A program made the translations under genes and the position numbers. The notes below the pieces were generated by a model that was not told the origin of the DNA, ran no database searches, and saw only the letters and a list, made by a program, of their open reading frames with translations. Shown piece by piece: positions 10,068 to 18,242 of a DNA stretch of 20,000 nt. Each line of letters begins with the position of its first letter. The first letter of the stretch is position 1. Source of the stretch: an uncultured virus (IMG/VR IMGVR_UViG_3300002231_000147) (lineage: Duplodnaviria > Heunggongvirae > Uroviricota > Caudoviricetes); the IMG/VR virus record IMGVR_UViG_3300002231_000147, positions 55,809 to 75,808 of that record. One strand, written 5' to 3'.

Positions 10068-10952
10068 ATGGATAAAATCAAAGAATTACTCAAAGAAATG
10101 ACTCAAGATGCTCTCTCCGAAGAAAATCTTGATAAGTTAGTTGAAGCAATCGAATCGAAGGCTCAAGAAAAGGGTCAAGAGGGTTTCGACCTTAAACTTG
10201 AATCAGCACTTGCTAAACAAGATGCCGAATACGCAGCTAAGCTTGAGCAATTGCTCGAAGCTATTGATGCGGATCACTCACAGAAACTTGAAACTATCGT
10301 AGAGGGTTTGGAAAACAAACACTGTGGTATGTTAACAAAGGTTGTTAAGAAATATAAGAATGATTACCTAACTGAGTGTCAATCATTCAAGGATGATCTT
10401 GTAAACAAGGTTGATAAGTATTTTGACATCGTTGTTGAAGAACAAATTCCACAAAAGGAATTGAATGAAGCTGTCGAGAACACACGTTCTCGTAAGTTGA
10501 TTGAAGAGATTGGTAAGATGATCGGACTTGATAAGCTTCAACAAAATGATCTTGTTCGTGAAGGTATCGAAGAAGCTAAGGATCAAATCAAAGTTCTTAA
10601 TGAACAAGTAACTGCTCTTAAGACAGACAAATCTTCTCTTATTGAAGAAAAGGTAGAAGCAAAGCGCGAAGCTCTTATCGAAGAAAAGTGTGCTGGTCTA
10701 CCAAAGGTGAAAAAAGATTACGCAAGAAACCTTCTTGGTTCTAAGTCGCTTGAATTCATCAATGAAAACTTCGATCTTACAATTAAGATGTTTGATAAGG
10801 AGGATGTAGTATCTTCTGAGCGCATCGTTGAGAAAGCAAAAAAGAAATCCAAGGTTATCTCCGAGGAAATTGATCGCACGGAAAAGGTAGTAGAGGAATC
10901 TACCAAAATTGAACACGCTGATCAATACATGGACGACCTTAAGGGTTGGTAA
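10068..10952 (+). CDS. gp22: Prohead core scaffolding protein
   Basis: E/K-rich coiled-coil protein; LVNKVDKYFDIVVEE and terminal DQYM..L; directly upstream of the capsid gene. Confidence 0.85.
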   Translation: MDKIKELLKEMTQDALSEENLDKLVEAIESKAQEKGQEGFDLKLESALAKQDAEYAAKLEQLLEAIDADHSQKLETIVEGLENKHCGMLTKVVKKYKNDYLTECQSFKDDLVNKVDKYFDIVVEEQIPQKELNEAVENTRSRKLIEEIGKMIGLDKLQQNDLVREGIEEAKDQIKVLNEQVTALKTDKSSLIEEKVEAKREALIEEKCAGLPKVKKDYARNLLGSKSLEFINENFDLTIKMFDKEDVVSSERIVEKAKKKSKVISEEIDRTEKVVEESTKIEHADQYMDDLKGW

Positions 10953-10975
10953 AAAAAAGAAATTTAGACAAGATG

Positions 10976-10983
10976 TATAAATA
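10976..10983 (+). promoter_or_regulatory. T4-type late promoter for gp23
   Basis: Perfect TATAAATA. Confidence 0.8.
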
Positions 10984-11087
10984 ATTATACATAAACAATT
11001 TAAAAATGAGGTAAATCGCCTGAGTTAAGTAAAAAGACAAACCAATAAACAAAACAAATATTTTAAGGAAAATATAACAAAAAAATT

Positions 11088-12545
11088 ATGAATAAACCAT
11101 CACAATCTTATATCGGTAGAGACCGTGCTTCTGCACTTCTCTCCAAGTGGGGTAAGGTATTGGACTATTCTTCTGAAAAGGTAAAGCCTATCGAAGAAAG
11201 TAACTTACGTCTTAACACAGCGATTCTTCTTGAAAACCAAGAAGCATGGTGCAAGGAAAACGGTGGCGTTATCAATGAAGCAAATTCTGTTTCAGGTGGC
11301 GCACTCGGACCAAATGCAGGTGCTGGGTTAGGAACTAACACTGCCAACCAATTCTCATCCGACTCTTACGCATCTGGTGACGCTCGTCTACCAAAGGTGC
11401 TTATCCCAATGATTCGTAGAACGTTCCCAGAACTTATCACGAATGAAATCGTAGGTGTTCAGCCAATGTCAGGTCCAGTAGGTCTTGCTTTCGCTCTTCG
11501 CTACAAGTATGAAGCTGATCCACTCGGTGGTTCTGGTTATCACGGTGATTCTCGCCCATCCGCTGCTACAGCTGACGCTGACGGTAAGGAAGCTGGTTGG
11601 AACTATCTTGATTCCCGTTTCACAGGAACTGAATCTGATCAACTTTCTGGTGATGCAGCTGGTGACTTCCACGTTGCTGACTCTGATAAGGGTGTAGCTG
11701 ATCTTCTTAAGAACTTCGAGCTTAATGACAACATTCCACAAATGGTGATCTCTTTCGAGAAGACTGCTGTTGAAGCTGGAACTCGTCGCCTCGCAGCTAA
11801 GTGGTCAGTAGAACTCGAACAAGACGTTCGTAACATGAACGGTATTGATATCGACAACGAAATGACTAATGCAATGTCATACGAAATCCAAGCGGAAATT
11901 GACCGTGAAATGATTATGCGTATGATTCAAGTAACTCTTACTGCTGGTCGTGGTCGCGGTTATACAATCTGGGAGCCAGCTTCTGCTGATGCTCGTTGGT
12001 TGGGTGAGCGTAATCGCCACTTCTATCAAAAGGTTCTTGTTGAAGCTAACCGTGTTGCTATCCGTAACAGACGTGGTTCCGCAAACTTCATCGTAGCAAC
12101 TCCAAATGTTTGTGCAATGATTGAAGCTCTTCCAGAGTTTGAATTCATGCCAGTTAACGGTAACGTTAACACACAACCAGTAGGTATCGCTAAGCTTGGA
12201 ACACTTGCAGGACGTTTCAACGTATACCGTGACACAAGAACTGAAGCTCAATACCAATATGGTGAGCGTTCCGCAGCACAAGCTGTTGACTACGCACTAC
12301 TTGGTTATAAGGGTCCAGAATTCTTCGACACAGGTATTATCTATTGCCCATACATTCCAGTTATGGTTCAAAGAACAATCGATCCTGTTCGCTTCAATCC
12401 AATCACAGGTCTCATGACTCGTTATGGTGTTGTTGATCATCTCTTCGGTGCTGATCTCTTCTACCACACAATTATCGTGAAGAACCTTGATGTAGCGTTC
12501 ACACCAGGTGAAACATCCGTGTTCATGCCTGATCTCTACGTCTAA
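11088..12545 (+). CDS. gp23: Major capsid protein
   Basis: LLSKW..VLD, TAILLENQE, LIPMIRRTFPELI..EIVGVQPMSGPVGLAFALR, VEAGTRRLAAKWSVELEQD, EIQAEIDRE, GYKG...DTGIIYCPYIP, FNP..GLMTRYG. Confidence 0.98.
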   Translation: MNKPSQSYIGRDRASALLSKWGKVLDYSSEKVKPIEESNLRLNTAILLENQEAWCKENGGVINEANSVSGGALGPNAGAGLGTNTANQFSSDSYASGDARLPKVLIPMIRRTFPELITNEIVGVQPMSGPVGLAFALRYKYEADPLGGSGYHGDSRPSAATADADGKEAGWNYLDSRFTGTESDQLSGDAAGDFHVADSDKGVADLLKNFELNDNIPQMVISFEKTAVEAGTRRLAAKWSVELEQDVRNMNGIDIDNEMTNAMSYEIQAEIDREMIMRMIQVTLTAGRGRGYTIWEPASADARWLGERNRHFYQKVLVEANRVAIRNRRGSANFIVATPNVCAMIEALPEFEFMPVNGNVNTQPVGIAKLGTLAGRFNVYRDTRTEAQYQYGERSAAQAVDYALLGYKGPEFFDTGIIYCPYIPVMVQRTIDPVRFNPITGLMTRYGVVDHLFGADLFYHTIIVKNLDVAFTPGETSVFMPDLYV

Positions 12546-12570
12546 TAGCGGAAAAGATATAAATTAATTC

Positions 12571-12601
12571 AAATCCCACCAGAAATGGTGGGATTTTTTT
12601 T
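12571..12601 (+). terminator. Intrinsic terminator after gp23
   Basis: AAATCCCACCA-GAAA-TGGTGGGATTT followed by a T-tract. Confidence 0.92.
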
Positions 12602-12603
12602 GG

Positions 12604-12632
12604 TTTACTTATACGATATCGTATGATATTAT
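12604..12632 (+). promoter_or_regulatory. Sigma70-type early promoter with palindromic spacer
   Basis: (G)TTTACT-N17-TATTAT with TGn extension; 14-bp palindrome ATACGATATCGTAT at 12611-12624. Confidence 0.7.
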
Positions 12633-12638
12633 ATTGAT

Positions 12639-13079
12639 ATGAATATTACTCCATATATATTTTTAGATGATGAGCGTGATCCATATAAGGTATCACATGT
12701 TCAATTACCACTCCTACCGTGGACTGTAGTTCGCAACTATACTGATTTTGTTAGAATAATTGAACAATATTATATTGACTTCAACAAACTTCCTGAATTT
12801 ATCGCATTTGATCACGACTTAGCTCCTGAGCATTATAGACAGTCTATGTATAACCCTGATGAACATTATTCTGATTATTATACAAATGGAACATTCCTTG
12901 AGAAGACTGGATATGATGCGGCAAAGTGGTTAATCGAGTTTTGTGATAAAAAAGGTCTTGACATTCCTGAATATATGGTTCATTCCATGAATCCTATAGG
13001 CAAGAAGAATATCATTTCGATAATCGAGTCCTATAATAAAATCAAAAAATTAACAATAAACAAAAAGGAAACAAAATGA
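12639..13079 (+). CDS. Cyclic-phosphate-processing receiver-domain protein
   Basis: IFLDDERDP..W.VVRNY..F, FIAFDHDL, TGYDAAKWL, VHSMNPIG..NI. Confidence 0.8.
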   Translation: MNITPYIFLDDERDPYKVSHVQLPLLPWTVVRNYTDFVRIIEQYYIDFNKLPEFIAFDHDLAPEHYRQSMYNPDEHYSDYYTNGTFLEKTGYDAAKWLIEFCDKKGLDIPEYMVHSMNPIGKKNIISIIESYNKIKKLTINKKETK

Positions 13080-13366
13080 TCTCACTGAAACAAAAAATCT
13101 TTCGCGCAATGGTAATCCTCCAAAGTGGACACTCAGGTAGTCTATTACTCAATGCTGAAAACACTGAGGATGCTATCAAGCAGGTTAATAATAAGGGCTA
13201 TCGCCTAATTGAAGTGACTACAACAAGTCGCAGAAAGGATATGGATGGTAACGAAATCACGATGGATATAAAACCGCTTATCGATGTAAGTGGTGTCAAC
13301 TTCAGTCTATTTGAACGACTATTTCCGTTGACTAACTTCCGTAATTACTGTGGAGCAGGTAAATAA
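13076..13366 (+). CDS. Hypothetical protein
   Basis: 96-aa ORF, ATGA overlap with the previous stop, AAGGA upstream. Confidence 0.6.
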   Translation: MISLKQKIFRAMVILQSGHSGSLLLNAENTEDAIKQVNNKGYRLIEVTTTSRRKDMDGNEITMDIKPLIDVSGVNFSLFERLFPLTNFRNYCGAGK

Positions 13367-13657
13367 ATGAAAAAAATATTCCCAGATTTAGCTGAACGTG
13401 CTATTGAGTGCGCAAAATTGATTGGTCCAGAGACGACAAAGTATACTGAATGGTATATTGATCAAGTTAATAATCATGGACTACTTAGTGTTAGTTTCAC
13501 GACTAAAGATAGTATCGATGTGTTCTTAGATACGGATATTGATGATGTCCTTGCTGGGAAATTTCCTGATCGTAAAAAAATAGATACAGAAGAGTTCTTT
13601 AAAGAGGTAAACGCGATGCATAATGCACCTAGTTTACCACTCCCGAAAGATTTCTGA
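13367..13657 (+). CDS. Hypothetical protein
   Basis: 96-aa ORF abutting the previous stop (TAAATG). Confidence 0.6.
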   Translation: MKKIFPDLAERAIECAKLIGPETTKYTEWYIDQVNNHGLLSVSFTTKDSIDVFLDTDIDDVLAGKFPDRKKIDTEEFFKEVNAMHNAPSLPLPKDF

Positions 13658-13666
13658 ATTTAACAC

Positions 13667-13696
13667 TTGACGTAATTAAACAGATATGTATAAATA
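13667..13696 (+). promoter_or_regulatory. Promoter of the NAD-salvage cluster: TTGACG-N16-TATAAATA
   Basis: ttgacg 13667-13672, TATAAATA 13689-13696; same architecture as the 2500-2529 promoter. Confidence 0.65.
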
Positions 13697-13741
13697 ATTA
13701 CTCAAGATATTGATAAAACCCGTTGGAGTTATCCAACACAA

Positions 13742-13754
13742 CTAGATATAGATA
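13742..13754 (+). promoter_or_regulatory. CTAGATATAGATA motif copy 1 (last A is the A of the ATG)
   Basis: Exact 13-mer shared with 14841-14853 and 15792-15804. Confidence 0.75.
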
Positions 13755-14812
13755 TGTATAAAAATAAAGTAGACGCTATTAACCATAGTGATCTTAAGAT
13801 CAACATGGTTGCAACAGGTGGAGGAACTGATTTTATCGGTGAATTCCTATCCTATGGTGGTGGAAGTGCCACTATTTTAAATTACGAGGTTCCATATAGT
13901 ATGGAAGCTCATGAAAAATATGTTGATCGTAAGATTGACTATAGGTTCGTATCGGAACGAGCCGCTTATGAATTAGCTAAGGCAGCTTATCGAAAGGGTA
14001 AGTATGATGACTATGATAACCTATTGGGTGTCAGTGTTACAGCTTCGCTAATGAAGACTGAGGGTGAGCGTGAAGGTCGAGTAAACCAGTTTTATATTGG
14101 TGTATCGGATGGTCAAAAAGTTGATGTTTATCATATCATAATTGACAAAGGAGAGTTCGACTTTCGCCAATCTCAAGAGAAATACATTACATGGGCATTG
14201 ATTGATATTCTTGATCCACGTATTACACCACAAAATAAGTTCAAGAGCGTTAAGAAGACTTATTTCCATAATCCAGTTGGGTTAACAAGAAATAAATTAG
14301 TCCGTGCTGATCTTCCCACATGTTTCTTCTTGGGGTTCGTTTAATCCTATCCATGAGGGTCATATTGGTATTCACGATATCCTTGAACAGAGGTTCTTTG
14401 ATCCTGAAAACATCTATTTCGAACGTTCGTATAATACACGTGGTAAAGGTAACGTGAATATGAAGGATATTATCGCGATAACAACACATGATTTGTGGAA
14501 ACCTAAATATAATCTAATTGGCACGGAATTTCCACTGATCGTAGATAAAATTGGTAGATTCCGTGAACTTGGATTCACCAAAATCGGTATCGCTATTGGT
14601 ATCGACACATGGGTTCGATTTTATTGCTGATTTGATGGATGATGAATATAATGATCATCGTGATACATTAAAGAATGTCCGATTCTATGTATTCAACCGT
14701 GGCAATGCTACCAAATTTGATGATCACGGTCTAAACGCGAAATTTATTGAAGATTACAACATCAACATGAGTAGCACAGAAAATCCGAAATAAACAGTTG
14801 ACAGACAAGTAA
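13754..14812 (+). CDS. CinA/PncC-like domain fused to a NadD-like HxGH nucleotidyltransferase (3 single-base insertions at ~14333, ~14620, ~14780)
   Basis: N-terminal VATGGG..F...L...GGS.T....VPYS, VSERAAYELAKAA, GVSVTASL (CinA C-terminal fold); corrected C-terminal FLGSFNPIHEGH, IAIGIDTW.RF, FYVFNR, INMSSTEIRNKQLTDK*. Confidence 0.8.
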
Positions 14813-14840
14813 AGTCAGTCCAACATGAATTCAAATTAAC

Positions 14841-14853
14841 CTAGATATAGATA
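14841..14853 (+). promoter_or_regulatory. CTAGATATAGATA motif copy 2 (6 nt before ATG 14860)
   Basis: Exact 13-mer repeat. Confidence 0.75.
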
Positions 14854-14859
14854 AACAAA

Positions 14860-15767
14860 ATGAATAAACAAACTAAAACAGACGTTGGCGTAATTATCGC
14901 ACGTTTCCAAATTCCATACTTGCATGAAGCATTCGTGGAACTAATTCAGGGTGTAGTAGATCAACATGATAACACAGTTATTATGCTTGGACTAAGTGCT
15001 ATCCCCTTCGACTAAAAATAATCCATTTGGATTTTAAAGCACGAGCTAAAATGATCTCTGCTAAATTTCCAGATGTTACAATTCTTTTCCTAAAGGATGT
15101 GGCATCTGATGAACTATGGAGTAGCAATCTTGATTACAACCTATCTAATGTGGTTGATACTCATCAAAGTGTTACACTATATGGTAGTCGCAATACAGTA
15201 TCTAATCGATACACTGGTCGATATGATGTTGAGGAACTTGATACAGGTCGTATGATTTCCTATGATGAATTATGCAAGAAGGTTATTAACAAGCCTGTAT
15301 ATAATGATGATTTCCGTGCGGGAGTTATTTGGGCATTGAATAATAAATACCCTACAAGTTTCACAACTGTAGATATTGTAATTATCGATGATACTGGAAA
15401 GGGTCGTAGAGTCCTTCTAGGTCGTAAGCGCAATGAAACCAAATATCGCTTGGTTGGTGGTTTCGCTGATCCAAAGGATAATAGCTTTGAAGATGCTGCA
15501 CTACGTGAAGCCGAAGAGGAAACTACTCTTACATTAACTGATCCAAAATATGTGGGATCGTTTAAGATCGATGATTGGCGTTACCGTCATGAGGTTGACA
15601 AGATCAAGACAGCGTTGTTCACTGTTCAATACGTTGAGGGAACACCTGAAGCCAAGGATGATATCGTGGAAGTCCGTTGGTTCAAATATAATGAATTAAA
15701 TGATGAGATTTTTGTTGACGAACACAAAGTTCTCTTCCACGCTCTAATGGATGCCTTACATGTGTAA
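14860..15767 (+). CDS. nadM: Bifunctional NadM-Nudix (NMN adenylyltransferase-like + ADP-ribose pyrophosphatase); true start 14860, insertions at ~15004 and ~15026
   Basis: VGVIIARFQIPYLHEAF, NPLDFKARAKMI, DELWSSNLD, LYGSR, DFRAGVIWA...YPTSFTTVD, Nudix box GGFADPKDNSFEDAALREAEEET, AKDDIVEVRWF. Confidence 0.88.
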
Positions 15768-15791
15768 GGTGAAATAAATATTAACTTCAAA

Positions 15792-15804
15792 CTAGATATA
15801 GATA
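15792..15804 (+). promoter_or_regulatory. CTAGATATAGATA motif copy 3 (2 nt before ATG 15807)
   Basis: Exact 13-mer repeat. Confidence 0.75.
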
Positions 15805-15806
15805 AA

Positions 15807-17337
15807 ATGAATACAAATACAAAAACAAAATGATGAAAAGGCAACTCTTGTTGACCTAATTCTAAAAACAAACGAACACATCTTAGGTGAGATTGATCCA
15901 ACAACTACAACTGATAGTTATAAGTTCGGTGGTCACTGGAAGATGGAAAAGCGTGGCGCACAGATCACGTTTAGTTACGATGAAGCGCGTAATGGGGCAA
16001 AGTTCCCATATACTCAATGGGTGGGGCTACAATTGATCCTCAAGCGCATTCGTCGTGTAACAATGGATGATGTTGAGAAGTGTGCTATCCTTAGTAAATT
16101 CCACTTGGGTAACAAATCTCATTTCAACTATGAGGGTTGGAAATACATCGTTGAAAAACATGATGGCTACTTGCCATTGCGTATTCGTGCAGTTGATGAA
16201 GGAACTAAGGTTCCCGTTGGTAACGTAATGATGACAATTGAAAACACTGATGAAAAGTGTGCGTGGTTGACAAATTACGTCGAAAGCTTCCTCATGCAGA
16301 ATTGGTATCCTTCGAATGTTGCAACACAGAGTGCAATCATTAAGGAAATTATTGATCGTAACTATGAGCGTAGTAGTGATCACACAGCAGAAGAGCGAGC
16401 ATTTAACAGTAAGTTCTTGCTTCATGATTTCGGTCTACGTGCTGCAACTTGTCCAGAAGCTGGTGCAATCGGTGGTTTCGGACATGCAACAAACGGGCTT
16501 GGTAGTGATACAGTTCCCGCATTCATCTTAGCTGTTAAATATTACAGTGCTGATCCAGAACTACTATTACTTAGTGTTGCTGCAACTGAACACAGCATTG
16601 CTTGCCCATTCGGGTTGGATCAAGAGGGTGAGATGGAATACATTATGCATCAACTTGAACAATTCCCTGATGGTATTCTATCGCTTGTTGGTGATAGTAG
16701 TGATATCGTTCGTTTCACAAAGAATATTTGTGCAATCAAGGAAATTATTATCAAACGTTGGGAAGAAGGTGAACAGCCACTCAACCGCTTGGTTATTCGT
16801 CCTGATAGCCCACGTTGGAAGGGTGATACACCATACGAACAGGTTAAGTGGATCATGGATACACTATGGGACACCTTTGGTGGTAGTATCAATAGCAAGG
16901 GTAGGCGTGTGCTTCATCCAGCGGTTGGTGTCATCTACGGTGATGGGTTGAGTCTCGAAGAGATTGAATTCCTTTATGATAACATGGCTGATCATTATGA
17001 CATTTACAATGTTGTTGTCGGTCAAGGTGGTGGACTCATGCAGAAACATGATCGTGATACTCAACGCAAGGCAATCAAATGCAGTGCTCAGAAGCGCGAT
17101 GGTGTATGGGTTGATGTTGCCAAGAAGCCATTGGATGAAACCAAAGCAAGTAAGAAGGGTCGCCTGACACTTATCTTTGATGAAGATAATGGTTATCAAA
17201 CAATCCTTATTGAAGATTTGGGTGATCGTGAAGAACTTCTAAAGGATCGCTTCCTAAATGGTGCGCTTCCTAATCAGACAACCTTAGCGGAAATTCGCAC
17301 TATCGCTGATAAACCATTCAATTATGAACTACTTTAA
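15807..17337 (+). CDS. nadV: Nicotinamide phosphoribosyltransferase family (NAMPT/NadV); true start 15807 with an extra A near 15828
   Basis: TDSYK (upstream of the ORF-track start), GYLPLRIRAVDEG, WLTNYVES, WYPSNVAT, LHDFGLR, GSDT, AATEHS, IRPDS, IYGDG, GGGLMQK.DRDT..AIKCS, KASKKGRL. Confidence 0.95.
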
Positions 17338-17749
17338 TATCGAACGAGCATTCAAAACCAAGAAGGATCGAGGTTGGGATAAGATTTACATCGCAATTGA
17401 TTTACATGATACTATCTTTAAGGGATATTATCAGAATGATCAAGATTTTAAATTCTATCAATATGCTGAACAGATTCTTCGTCATTGGACTAAGCAGGAT
17501 AATGTAGTATTAATTGCATACACATGTTCCCATGCTAAAGATTTTGAAAGGGTTAATAAATGGATGAACACTAAGGGGATCAATTTCGATTACCTGAATG
17601 AAAATCCTGAATGTGGCAACACTGAGTTAGCTGCATTCCACCAAAAACCATATTTCAATATTCTACTCGAAGATAAGGCAGGATTCGAAGGTGAGACCGA
17701 TTGGGTCTATGTCCTGAGAGAATTGAGACGAATTGGAGAAATCAAATAA
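17324..17749 (+). CDS. HAD-superfamily phosphatase-like protein
   Basis: Motif I IAIDLHDTI, motif II AYTCS, KPYFNILLEDKAG. Confidence 0.75.
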   Translation: MNYFNIERAFKTKKDRGWDKIYIAIDLHDTIFKGYYQNDQDFKFYQYAEQILRHWTKQDNVVLIAYTCSHAKDFERVNKWMNTKGINFDYLNENPECGNTELAAFHQKPYFNILLEDKAGFEGETDWVYVLRELRRIGEIK

Positions 17750-17753
17750 ATTC

Positions 17754-17781
17754 AAAACCCACTAGAAATAGTGGGTTTTTT
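17754..17781 (+). terminator. Intrinsic terminator
   Basis: AAAACCCACTA-GAAA-TAGTGGGTTTTTT. Confidence 0.9.
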
Positions 17782-17783
17782 GT

Positions 17784-17811
17784 TTGACACGGTATAGGGC
17801 GTATGCATACT
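17784..17811 (+). promoter_or_regulatory. Sigma70-type promoter
   Basis: TTGACA-N16-CATACT immediately after the terminator; CGTATG in the spacer as in the 12604 promoter. Confidence 0.5.
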
Positions 17812-17817
17812 GAGGTC

Positions 17818-18240
17818 ATGAAATTTTATCATAAAATAGACGAAATTAACCTATGGTTATTAGATAATAGTATAAAAAGTTTAATAATTTTTATAACATT
17901 ATTGGCAGTATGCGTTGGGATGTTTTCAAGTTGTAGTGACACATCTNCATCACCTGACAATTACCTCGATGTTGGTGATAGTGTCGTATTTGTTTCGAGT
18001 GGTTTTACAAACGAGAAGTATACCATTACCATAAANGATGTGAGNCAAGAAGGTGAGCCAAGAATCCTTATACCAAAGGGTGTCCCACAAAANGGAGATA
18101 TTGGAACGGTTGTCTATGTTGATGGAACGTCTATTGAGATTAAGGAATTTCCTATGTATAGAAATGGTAAGAAATGTTATTGGTCTTACACATACTTTCT
18201 TAAGGAAGAAGATTATAACGAAGCAATTAACAGAAAATAA
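17818..18240 (+). CDS. Putative membrane lipoprotein
   Basis: Hydrophobic stretch LIIFITLLAVCVGM followed by FSSC lipobox-like motif; start 17818 is preferred because 17803 lies inside the promoter; several Ns. Confidence 0.55.
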   Translation: MKFYHKIDEINLWLLDNSIKSLIIFITLLAVCVGMFSSCSDTSXSPDNYLDVGDSVVFVSSGFTNEKYTITIXDVXQEGEPRILIPKGVPQXGDIGTVVYVDGTSIEIKEFPMYRNGKKCYWSYTYFLKEEDYNEAINRK

Positions 18241-18242
18241 TT

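Noticed and set aside
14798..14826. Internal sigma70 promoter for nadM-nudix (TTGACA)
   Set aside because: The -10 element is poor (CAACAT) and the -35 lies within the corrected end of the upstream gene; not supportable.
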